Source of the DNA: Longimicrobiales bacterium
GTDB taxonomy: Bacteria > Gemmatimonadota > Gemmatimonadetes > Longimicrobiales > Gaopeijiaceae
Length of the DNA: 64,000 nt
Reading direction: 5' to 3'
NCBI GenBank assembly: GCA_965248195.1
Contig: CBDFIQ010000002.1
Location: 1,344,001-1,408,000 of the forward strand
This document shows positions 1-9,123 of this stretch, piece by piece. Every line of letters begins with the position of its first letter. Position 1 is the stretch's first letter. Both the position numbers and the translations under genes were made by a program. The notes under the pieces were generated by a model. It was not told where the DNA came from, did not search any database, and was given only the letters and a program-made list of their open reading frames with translations.

Positions 1-233
1 GCGAAACACGGCAATTGGTGTTGGAGCTGGGGTTTACGCCGGTCGTGCCACCCAAGCAGGGCCGTGTTAACCCGTGGCAGTATGACCGAGTCATGTATCG
101 CCGTCGTAACGAAATAGAGCGGTTATTTCGGCGACTCAAAGGCTTCAGAAGAATCTTCTCCCGCTTTGACAAGCTCGACGTGATGTTTACCGCCTTCATC
201 CACTTCGCGCTCATCGTCGAAGCCCTCAGATAG
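1..233 (+). CDS. IS5-family transposase, C-terminal part (cut by the window edge)
   Basis: YRRRNEIERLFRRLKGFRRIFSRFDK is the IS5/IS427-type C-terminal DDE motif. Confidence 0.85.
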   Translation, partial: ETRQLVLELGFTPVVPPKQGRVNPWQYDRVMYRRRNEIERLFRRLKGFRRIFSRFDKLDVMFTAFIHFALIVEALR

Positions 234-246
234 TGTTAACAGGCCC
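1..246 (+). mobile_element. Right end of an IS5-family element
   Basis: The transposase stop runs into TAGTGTTAACAGGCCC followed by TAG, a typical IS5-type terminus and target. Confidence 0.65.
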
Positions 247-379
247 TAGTCATCGAGCGGTGGCGTCCGACATCAGGGGGTCCTAGACATAGGAGGATCA
301 GACCGCGTTCAACATCCGAGAGTGGGCCGGTAGGCGCAAGCAGGAGCCTGTGAGAAGCCCAGAATCGCGTCTAAGCGTC

Positions 380-406
380 TTCGGGTTTTATTCGGTATAC
401 CGAATA
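380..406. promoter_or_regulatory. TTCG-N7-TTCG direct repeat plus a perfect 18-bp palindrome
   Basis: The reverse complement of 380-399 matches 10651-10670 at 18/20. 389-406 (TATTCGGTATACCGAATA) is palindromic. Confidence 0.55.
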
Positions 407-584
407 GGGGGTAGAGGGTTTCGTGGGCTTGGAGGGGCGTTATTGGCTTGCTCACCCGTACGCGACTACAGCACAACCCAAGACAATCCCAGCGCGAAAA
501 TCACAGACGCGGGCAGCCAATCTCCCAGACCGCTCCACTTCGGGATCGCCCTGGCAACTCCCGTGGCCTGCACGGAGTAGAGTC

Positions 585-617
585 TTGCCTAAACACATAC
601 CATATAGTATGGTATGT
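585..617 (+). promoter_or_regulatory. Sigma70-type promoter overlapped by a TetR-like operator
   Basis: TTGCCT-17 bp-TATGGT, with the perfect inverted repeat ACATACCATA-TAG-TATGGTATGT at 595-617. Confidence 0.6.
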
Positions 618-709
618 TCGTGAAAGGACCGACCTTGCTGCCCGACGTAAACGATGCGCCGCTTCGCGGATGGCCCCGAGGCGGTGTGTCCATGTTCGGA
701 GGGATGACA

Positions 710-1354
710 ATGCGCCCTGCCTGGGTGAGTGGCATCGGGTTGATTGTGACCTGCGGGATCCTGCCTGCATCGATTCTTGCCCAAACGGATGGTGATTCGG
801 AAGGACGCCAACAAATCGGCTGCCTCCGTGGTCGCCCTCTTCCTGCGTGCAAGAGCTTCTGGATCGTCGAGGTGCAGGGAAGCGCACCCGTGGCCCAGAC
901 ATCACGCACCATTCAGGGGAGCCAAGGTGGCCCTATGTCTGGAGAGGCCTTCTCCAGCGTGCTGGAGTCGAACCTGGGGCATATGGTCAACATGGGCCCA
1001 ACTTATGCGATCGGGGGCGTGGTCACAGCCGGCACGGGCAACGACGCCGCTATTATTACGGGGCTTAAGCTGCGCGCGCGCCGCTGGCTCCGCTCCGATT
1101 TGAGCCTCGAGGCTGAAGGGGGACTCCTGTGGAGGGACGGGGGCACAAGCAGGACAGCCGCAGGAGGGACCGCAGCGCTACGGCTCAACATCCGTGACCA
1201 AGGCTCGTTCCACGTTAGGTGGGACATGCTGCCGATCGCACCGGTATCCCACAGCTTCCACGATCCGCTCGACGGATCCAACAGCAGCTATGTCGATCCG
1301 GGGGGAACGCAACACGCATTATCCATCGGTATCGGGACAGGGAGTGTTCCAGGG
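710..1354 (+). pseudogene. Exported, probably outer-membrane beta-barrel protein, 3'-truncated by IS256
   Basis: GGAGG RBS before ATG 710, signal peptide (…ASILAQ), alternating beta-strand pattern. The frame runs into the IS left end at 1355. Confidence 0.6.
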
Positions 1355-2730
1355 GGTAGTGTCCCTAGATTTGTGTAAAAGCGGATAAGCTGGACAGGAG
1401 GGAAAGAAAAACGGAAGCTCCTCTGTTGTTGTTCACTGTCACATGAACCCGGGAGTCCGGGTCTGCAGAGCAGGCTCGGAACCGGAGAGGAGCTTCCGAT
1501 GCAAGAGATTGTGGAGATCGGTCGGGCCACGCAAGACGAGCTACGCGATGATTTGCGCGAGCTGTTTCAAGGCGCGATCCGGCTGACGCTCGAGATGGTG
1601 CTGGAAGAGGAGCTGAAGGCCATGGTAGGTGCACGCCGCTTCGAGCGGGTGGGAAGCCGGAAGGACCATAGGAACGGCACATACCTGAGGCGGCTGCTGA
1701 CGAGCCTGGGGCAGATCGAGGTCGCCATGCCCCGGAGCCGGGACAACGGTTCGCCGGCCGACGTGATCGGCCGCTACCAGCGCAGGAGCCCCGAGCTCGA
1801 CGAGATGATGGTCGAGGCGTATGTGAGCGGCGTGTCACAGCGCAAGATGGGCGACGTCACCGAGGCGCTGATGGGCGAGCGTGTTGGGCGCTCGACGGTG
1901 AGTCGTGTGGCAAAACGGCTCGACGAGGCCGTGGAAGGGCTGCGCCGTGCGCCGATCGAGGGGCCTCACCCCTATCTGTACCTGGACGCCACGTTCTTGG
2001 ACGCCCGCTGGGCCCGCAAAGTCGAGAACGTGAGTGCGCTCGTGGCGTATGCAGTGGGCCCTGAGGGTCACCGACGGCTCCTGGCCGTCACGCTGGGCGC
2101 TGAGGAGTCGCAGCAGAGCTGGTCGGAGCTCCTCGAGCAACTCCAGGACCGCGGCCTCGGCGGTGTCGAGCTCGTGATCGCCGATGAGCACGCAGGCCTG
2201 GCAGCTGCGGTCCGCCGCTTCCTGCCCGAGGCACGCCGTCAGAGGTGTACGGTCCATCTGCAGCGTAATGTGGGGGCGAGGGTCCCCCACCGCCTACGCA
2301 AGCGCGTGGCGCGTGAGGTCTCGGTGATCTTCCAGACATCCGGACTCGCCGAGGCGAAGAAGCTCCTGGGCGAGTTCGGCGCACGCTGGAAGAAGGAGCT
2401 GCCCGAGGCCGTGGAGGTCCTGGAGCGGGGCTTCGGGGCAGCGACGCAGTTCTACGCGTTCCCCGAGGCGCACTGGCCCCGGCTGCGTACCACCAACAGC
2501 CTCGAGCGGCTGCACGGCGAGATCAAACGCAGGATCAAGGCCGCCGGCGCCTTCCCGGACCGGGCCAGCGCCCTCAGGCTCATCACGGCCGTCGCACTCA
2601 GGACCACACACGTCTGGGGCGACCGGCGTTACCTCGACCTCTCACTCCTCCAGAAACAGGAGGTCGCCCAAGCAGCCTAGCCGAAGGCGAGGAGCTTCCT
2701 CCGCTTTTACACACAAATCGGGACTTGACC
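1355..2730 (+). mobile_element. IS256-family element, copy 1 (1376 bp, no TSD)
   Basis: Ends GGTAGTGTCCCTAGATTTGTGTAAAAGCGGA and (reverse complement) GGTCAAGTCCCGATTTGTGTGTAAAAGCGGA. The flanks TTCCAGGG and GACCCGGA do not match. Confidence 0.95.
1499..2680 (+). CDS. IS256-family (Mutator) DDE transposase
   Basis: RNG, YLYLDATF, LVIADEH, QRCTVH and RTTNSLERLHGEIKRR motifs; 393 aa. Confidence 0.97.
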   Translation: MQEIVEIGRATQDELRDDLRELFQGAIRLTLEMVLEEELKAMVGARRFERVGSRKDHRNGTYLRRLLTSLGQIEVAMPRSRDNGSPADVIGRYQRRSPELDEMMVEAYVSGVSQRKMGDVTEALMGERVGRSTVSRVAKRLDEAVEGLRRAPIEGPHPYLYLDATFLDARWARKVENVSALVAYAVGPEGHRRLLAVTLGAEESQQSWSELLEQLQDRGLGGVELVIADEHAGLAAAVRRFLPEARRQRCTVHLQRNVGARVPHRLRKRVAREVSVIFQTSGLAEAKKLLGEFGARWKKELPEAVEVLERGFGAATQFYAFPEAHWPRLRTTNSLERLHGEIKRRIKAAGAFPDRASALRLITAVALRTTHVWGDRRYLDLSLLQKQEVAQAA

Positions 2731-2839
2731 GACCCGGACTCCCGGGTTCATGTGACAGTGAACAACAACAGAGGAGCTTCCGTTTTTCTTTCCCTCCTGT
2801 CCAGCTTATCCGCTTTTACACAAATCTAGGGACACTACC
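2731..2839 (-). mobile_element. Inverted 109-bp left-end fragment of the same IS256
   Basis: Reverse complement of 1355-1463, directly abutting the right end of copy 1. Confidence 0.9.
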
Positions 2840-3812
2840 CCGATCGTGATCGACAGGGCCTTCGTGGCTGTCGCGCCGGCGCTGGTGACCTCCACCTCGA
2901 AATTGGTTGTATCCGCTACCGTGGGCGTACCACTGATCTCGCCCGTCGCCGTGTTGAGCGCGAGGCCAGCAGGCAGCGTCGTCGAGTTAAACATCGCCCA
3001 GGTGTAGCTACCGTCTCCGCCCGTAGCGGTCAGCGTCTCACTGTACGCTACGTTCTCCGTGCCCGTCGGCATCGGCGAACTCGTTGTCAGCGCCAGCGGC
3101 GGGAGTTCTACCGTCACTCTAGCCAGAGTTGTCAGATTCCCACTCGAGGCGGAGACCGTCGCCGAGCCCGGCCCGCTTGCGGTAACGACCCCCCCCCCAT
3201 TGAGACCGTCGCGACTAACGGGTCGGATGTGGTCCATTGTACCGATGGCCGGGGCGCTACCTCATTCCCATACTGATCCAACACGGTCGCACCTAGCGTC
3301 GCCGTGTCCCCTAGAACTGTGAACTGCAGGACGGAATCCCCGAGTATCACCCCACCAGACACGAGTTGTAGCGTAGCTGCCGTGTCGGGCACTGGGACTG
3401 CGGTGAAGGTGGCGAATACGAGGGCCGCACCAGTCTGGTTATCGATGGCGCGCGCCTCCACCGTCTGCGTATCAGCTGCTACCGTGCCCAAAGTCCACCG
3501 CTCGCGGGCCACCCCTGCACTGCCCGTGATAGCAACACCTGCAAAGACAGATCCATTACCTGAAATGACGCGGAAGTTGACCACCTGTTGCGGGACGGGC
3601 TCGTCACTAGCATCCAGTACGCGAACGACCAGCGGCTGGGGCAGTTCCTTACCTACCGTATCGACCTGGGTATTACCCGACACGATGATCAGTGACGCTG
3701 GCGGCCCCGCAGTCGTAGTAGCGGGCTCCGTCGCATTTTCGCCACAAGCGGCGACAGCCGCGAAGAACAGAGCCGGTAGCACAAGGCGTCTCAGAGTTGT
3801 CTCCCGGACGGA
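2840..3812 (-). pseudogene. Lipoprotein with Ig-like (Big / putative-Ig) domains, frameshifted and IS-truncated
   Basis: Lipobox AVAAC; VSGNTQVDTVGKELPQPLVVRV; WTTSDPLVATVS…GVVTA continues in another frame across the G10 tract at 3189-3198; LPAGLALNTATGEISGTP. Cut at 2839. Start position approximate. Confidence 0.75.
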
Positions 3813-3842
3813 TCGCTTTTGACGGCTACGGGGGATCATCAC

Positions 3843-3947
3843 ATCCTCGGCCAGGTAGACGGTTGCCATGCCGCCCTCGCCAAGCTCACGCTCGATGGCG
3901 TAGCGGCCTTCGAGGGCTGCGTTCAGGCGGGTGACGGGATCGGACAT
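3843..3947 (-). pseudogene. N-terminal remnant of a Hanks-type Ser/Thr kinase
   Basis: MSDPVTRLNAALEGRYAIERELGEGGMATVYLAED covers subdomain I only. Confidence 0.85.
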
Positions 3948-4185
3948 GGTGGACAACATGCGTCAAAGGCGTGTGGCCCGGCAAGGATCTCACCCCAAGA
4001 GGAATCTGTTAATGGCGTGTGGCAAGCTGGAAGCCCCGTGGATCGTGTGTATTTGTCGTCCAAATTTCTTCGAGCTTCTCTCGGTATCGTGGATGGCCGT
4101 GAACGTCCTCGTGGCTTAGAGGGGAGTTGTCGGCTTGCGCCTGCTGAATGTGAAGACGGCCACGATCGGACTCCGATCGGAAACG

Positions 4186-4237
4186 TGATAGCACGATGCT
4201 ATCAAAATGCTAGCAAGATGCTAGCAACGTGCTAGCG
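4186..4237. repeat. Five TG(A/C)TA(G/T)C(A/G) octamers at exact 11-bp periodicity
   Basis: TGATAGCA 4186, TGCTATCA 4197, TGCTAGCA 4208, TGCTAGCA 4219, TGCTAGCG 4230. Confidence 0.85.
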
Positions 4238-4491
4238 CCTTTGGACGCCTTAGAATGGGCCTCTAGCCTCCCCTTTGTTTGTTCACAGGAGCGACCGACT
4301 CCGTGCGGATGAGTTGGTGGGAAGACGACTCTAGAAGCTGTCTTTTCGAAGGTGCCATGGGTGAATAACTTCACCCTAAGTGATTGTAGCATAATAGGTT
4401 GCGCTTAGAGGTCGCGTGACTTATGATGTCAATGTGCGGCCAGCAGGTTCGGTTGCTAGACGACGTAGGAGGAGGGTCAATCACGGCTGGG

Positions 4492-5861
4492 GGTCAAGTC
4501 CCGATTTGTGTGTAAAAGCGGAGGAAGCTCCTCGCCTTCGGCTAGGCTGCTTGGGCGACCTCCTGTTTCTGGAGGAGTGAGAGGTCGAGGTAACGCCGGT
4601 CGCCCCAGACGTGTGTGGTCCTGAGTGCGACGGCCGTGATGAGCCTGAGGGCGCTGGCCCGGTCCGGGAAGGCGCCGGCGGCCTTGATCCTGCGTTTGAT
4701 CTCGCCGTGCAGCCGCTCGAGGCTGTTGGTGGTACGCAGCCGGGGCCAGTGCGCCTCGGGGAACGCGTAGAACTGCGTCGCTGCCCCGAAGCCCCGCTCC
4801 AGGACCTCCACGGCCTCGGGCAGCTCCTTCTTCCAGCGTGCGCCGAACTCGCCCAGGAGCTTCTTCGCCTCGGCGAGTCCGGATGTCTGGAAGATCACCG
4901 AGACCTCACGCGCCACGCGCTTGCGTAGGCGGTGGGGGACCCTCGCCCCCACATTACGCTGCAGATGGACCGTACACCTCTGACGGCGTGCCTCGGGCAG
5001 GAAGCGGCGGACCGCAGCTGCCAGGCCTGCGTGCTCATCGGCGATCACGAGCTCGACACCGCCGAGGCCGCGGTCCTGGAGTTGCTCGAGGAGCTCCGAC
5101 CAGCTCCGCTGCGACTCCTCAGCGCCCAGCGTGACGGCCAGGAGCCGTCGGTGACCCTCAGGGCCCACTGCATACGCCACGAGCGCACTCACGTTCTCGA
5201 CTTTGCGGGCCCAGCGGGCGTCCAAGAACGTGGCGTCCAGATAGGGGTGAGGCCCCTCGATCGGCGCACGGCGCAGCCCTTCCACGGCCTCGTCGAGCCG
5301 TTTTGCCACACGACTCACCGTCGAGCGCCCAACACGCTCGCCCATCAGCGCCTCGGTGACGTCGCCCATCTTGCGCTGTGACACGCCGCTCACATACGCC
5401 TCGACCATCATCTCGTCGAGCTCGGGGCTCCTGCGCTGGTAGCGGCCGATCACGTCGGCCGGCGAACCGTTGTCCCGGCTCCGGGGCATGGCGACCTCGA
5501 TCTGCCCCAGGCTCGTCAGCAGCCGCCTCAGGTATGTGCCGTTCCTATGGTCCTTCCGGCTTCCCACCCGCTCGAAGCGGCGTGCACCTACCATGGCCTT
5601 CAGCTCCTCTTCCAGCACCATCTCGAGCGTCAGCCGGATCGCGCCTTGAAACAGCTCGCGCAAATCATCGCGTAGCTCGTCTTGCGTGGCCCGACCGATC
5701 TCCACAATCTCTTGCATCGGAAGCTCCTCTCCGGTTCCGAGCCTGCTCTGCAGACCCGGACTCCCGGGTTCATGTGACAGTGAACAACAACAGAGGAGCT
5801 TCCGTTTTTCTTTCCCTCCTGTCCAGCTTATCCGCTTTTACACAAATCTAGGGACACTACC
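4492..5861 (-). mobile_element. IS256-family element, copy 2 (1370 bp, 6-bp deletion, no TSD)
   Basis: Same termini as copy 1. The flanks CGGCTGGG and CATGGAGC do not match. Confidence 0.95.
4542..5717 (-). CDS. IS256 transposase variant (391 aa)
   Basis: Differs from the other copies by PYLYLD to PYLD and SQQS to SQRS. Confidence 0.95.
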   Translation of the reverse strand: MQEIVEIGRATQDELRDDLRELFQGAIRLTLEMVLEEELKAMVGARRFERVGSRKDHRNGTYLRRLLTSLGQIEVAMPRSRDNGSPADVIGRYQRRSPELDEMMVEAYVSGVSQRKMGDVTEALMGERVGRSTVSRVAKRLDEAVEGLRRAPIEGPHPYLDATFLDARWARKVENVSALVAYAVGPEGHRRLLAVTLGAEESQRSWSELLEQLQDRGLGGVELVIADEHAGLAAAVRRFLPEARRQRCTVHLQRNVGARVPHRLRKRVAREVSVIFQTSGLAEAKKLLGEFGARWKKELPEAVEVLERGFGAATQFYAFPEAHWPRLRTTNSLERLHGEIKRRIKAAGAFPDRASALRLITAVALRTTHVWGDRRYLDLSLLQKQEVAQAA

Positions 5862-5862
5862 C

Positions 5863-8127
5863 ATGGAGCTGGTCCGTGGAATTCCCATTGTCGACTACTG
5901 CGACCAGCACCGCCTCACAGTCTGGGAGCGCGTTCGGCTCTTCGTCCAGGCGTGTCTGGCCGTGCAGCACGCCCACCAAAAGGGCGTCATTCACCGCGAC
6001 CTGAAACCCTCCAACATCCTGGTCACCGAAGCGGACGGGAAGCCCCTGGCCAAGATCATCGACTTTGGAGTCGCCAAGGCTGCTGAGCGGCCCCTCACGG
6101 ACCAGGCGGTTGCGACCGACATCGATCAGGTCATGGGAACTCCGGCGTATATGAGTCCGGAGCAAGCTGGTGTGCTTGGGGTGGACGTGGACACTCGCAC
6201 CGACGTCTACTCCCTCGGGATGACGCTCTACGAGCTGCTTGCGGGAGCCGGACCGTTCGAATCGGGGGCGTATCGGGGTTGGGCGAGGTTGGCCACGGCG
6301 CTGGAGCGGGAACCGCCGACGCCGAGCCGTCGACTGACCGAGCTCGGCGTGAGCCAGGTGATGGTGGCCGAGCACCGGCGGACCGACGCGTCGACCCTCA
6401 GGCGAGTGCTCCGGGGCGATCTGGACTGGATCGTCATGAAGGCCATCGAGAAGGACCGTAGCCATCGCTACGAAACCGCCGAGAGCCTAGCCCTGGAGCT
6501 TCTTCGTTACCTCGATGACGAGCCGGTCCTGGCCCGGCCGCCGAGCGCCGGGTACCGAATGGGTAAGTTCACGCGGCGTCACAAGGTGGGCGTGGCGTTC
6601 ACGGCGACGCTGGCGGTCTTGCTCGTTGGTGTCACGGTCAACCAGACGATACAAGCCGAGCGCATCCGGCAAGCTCTTGAACTTGCAGACGCCCGGCGTG
6701 GCCAAGCCGAGGGCTTGATCGACTTCGTGCTCAGTGACCTATGGCCCAAGCTCGAGCCGATCGGTCGGTTGGCGATCCTCAACGACGTGGGCGACCAGGC
6801 GATGGCGTACTTCGCGACGCTCCCGGAGGAGGAGTTCAGCGACCAGGAGCTCAGTAGTCGTTCCCAGGCTTTGTACCTGATCGGTGACGTACGCATGACC
6901 CAAGGCAATGCAGCCGAGGCCGTCGCGGCCTTTCGTGAGTCGTTACGGCTTGCAATGGAACTGAGCGCTCGTGATCCCTGGAACACTGAACGACTTTTCG
7001 ATCTCTCTCAAAGTCACTTCTACGTCGGGAACGCGGCCTACAGAGCGGGCGAACTGGGAGCCGCGGAGGCCGACTTTCAGACATACTTGGAGTTGGCCGA
7101 GACGCTCGTGGATCGTGACGAGGCCAATCTGGACTACCGCATGGAACTGGCGTTCGCCCACAGCAACATCGGGTCCGTGCGGGAGGCGCGCGGGGATCTC
7201 GAGGGGGCAGTGGAGGCCTTCTCGCTGGCCCTCGCCGCGAACGCCGATTTGGTCCGTCGGCGCCCTGATGACCCGGACTGGCTGGACGAACTCGCCGTCT
7301 CCCATAATCTACTGGGCGTGGTATACCGGAAGCTGGGGCTGTACGAGGCAGCGTTGGAGCAGCACCGTAGGGAGTACGAGTTGAGGACCCAGCTCCTTGA
7401 GCGTGATCCGTCGCATTTCTCCTGGCAGTTCGAGCTGACACAGGCGCATTACTTCATGGGAGAACTTCAGACGATCATGGGGGACGTCGAGGGCGCCTTT
7501 CGGAGTCAGGAGTCATCGGCTTCGACCCTCGATGCCCTCGTGGCCTATGACCCTACAAATACCATGTGGCGCCAGGGGGCTGCTGCCTCTCACCGACAGC
7601 TCGCTGTCACTCTAGCCAGGATGGGACGGCGCCAAGAGGCCGTTCAGTCCTTCGAAAAGGCGATCTCCAGCCTGGAGGGTCTGGTCCAAACGGATTCCAC
7701 AGGGTTCGAGTGGCGACGCTACCTGGGATCGACACATTCGACGTTCGCCCGGGCTCTTCTGGCGTTCGAGGAACCAGCGATGGCGCTTCATGAGGCCGAA
7801 ACCGCGCGAATTCTCCTTGCCGATGCTCGGGGAGATGGGCAGGGACTGCCACACGCGCGCATCGAGAACGAGCTCGCGATGGGACATGCGTTCGCCGATC
7901 TCGGAAGACCCCAGGAAGCCCATGAGGCCTGGAGCCGCGCCTTGACGTCCCTGCTGCGACTGGCAGACGGAGCGGGCGCCGCCGAGTTTCGGCCCATGCT
8001 GGCGGAGGCTTACGTCGTGCTGGATCGCCCCGTAGATGCCCGACGCGAACTGGAAAAGCTCTGGAATCAGGGATACGGGGACCAGTACCTGCGTGAGCTA
8101 GCGACCGAGAGCGGGATCGTTCCCTGA
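5863..8127 (+). pseudogene. Membrane Ser/Thr protein kinase with C-terminal TPR array, 5'-truncated by IS256
   Basis: HRDLKPSNIL, DFG, GTPAYMSPEQ and DVYSLG motifs; TM segment VGVAFTATLAVLLVGVTV; TPR repeats. Subdomains I-IV are missing. The ORF-track start at 5686 lies inside the IS. Confidence 0.9.
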
Positions 8128-8210
8128 GTAAGGGATCGTCGTGCTTTACCGCGCAACCGGATGGGTCCGGGACGCGGATTTCATTCAGCCTAGGATAAGG
8201 AGAAAACACC

Positions 8211-8648
8211 ATGGCCTCCCCGGAACAACAAGCAGTGCCTTCGACCTGGAATCGGAATGTCGACTACAACGCCGGGACCGATTTTCTCGACGTCTCCGTC
8301 ACCGGCAACAACCCCCCGCCCCCTGCCGCCCCAGCGGGCCAAACAAGGAACGACACCGCGGATGAAATCACCGTCTTTAGCGTAGATCGAGGGGGCGGCG
8401 GCGCCAGGATCCTTTACCACGCGCCCGGCAACGAAGTCGAACTCACCGGGATCGAGATGAAGAACGGAGATCCCATACCCGACCACCTAGAGGTTTTCGT
8501 GAACCCTCCCGGTACATTGCTGAGGCTTACCGTCACGAAGGACGACGATGACACCTCCGACGAGGTCTGGGACTATTACGTCCAAGGCACGGTCGATGGC
8601 GAGGCAAAGCAGACCGAGGATCCAAGGATCCGCAATCGCGGCCAATAA
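8211..8648 (+). CDS. Small acidic beta-rich protein ending EDPRIRNRGQ (DP-EP-like, tentative)
   Basis: Strong RBS TAAGGAG, 145 aa, paralogue immediately downstream. Confidence 0.8.
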   Translation: MASPEQQAVPSTWNRNVDYNAGTDFLDVSVTGNNPPPPAAPAGQTRNDTADEITVFSVDRGGGGARILYHAPGNEVELTGIEMKNGDPIPDHLEVFVNPPGTLLRLTVTKDDDDTSDEVWDYYVQGTVDGEAKQTEDPRIRNRGQ

Positions 8649-8706
8649 CACTTCGGGCTCGAGGTCATTGACGAGGTAGACCCACCTAGACTAAGGAGAA
8701 AGGACC

Positions 8707-9123
8707 GTGGCAGCTTGGAACCGGAAGATCGAAATCATTAAGCCGAGAAACCGGAAAGAGTATTTGGGCTGCAGGAAGTCCCGAGTGAACGCCAACCCGC
8801 CCCCCGTGCCCGGCCATGACCCTAGGACCGACACGGGCCCTACCATCAACCACCTACAAGAAAGATCGAGGGAAGAACGGTGCCAAGATCAAATACCACT
8901 CCATGCGTAATGAAGTGGTCCTCACCGGGATCAGGATGAAGAACGGAAGCCGTCCCTCCGACCTAACTGTTAACCCCGTCTCCCAAACGCTACTCGAACT
9001 TACCAGCAAAGGGAGGAGGACACGGACTGGAAGTATTACGTCCAAGGGTATTACATGGATGAGAAAAACAAGAAGGTTGAGCTGGAGACCAAGGATCCGA
9101 GGATCCGCAATCGCGGCCAATAA
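8707..9123 (+). pseudogene. Basic paralogue of 8211-8648 with two compensating frameshifts
   Basis: TAAGGAG RBS. Alignable blocks WNR, NPPP, DRG..GA.I.YH, NEV.LTGI.MKNG, W.YYVQG and DPRIRNRGQ switch frame at about 8848 and switch back at about 9012. Confidence 0.8.

Noticed and set aside
5830..5870. IS256 hybrid promoter from TTTACA in the inverted repeat
   Set aside because: No plausible -10 at 17-bp spacing at the junctions inspected.
3843..5900. Kinase stub and truncated kinase as two halves of one gene
   Set aside because: They are on opposite strands, subdomains II-IV are absent from both, and no matching TSD links them.
8641..8700. Repeated 3' block as an integron attC site or a DGR template/variable repeat
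   Set aside because: No RYYYAAC/GTTRRRY pair, differences are not adenine-specific, and no integrase or reverse transcriptase is present in the window.
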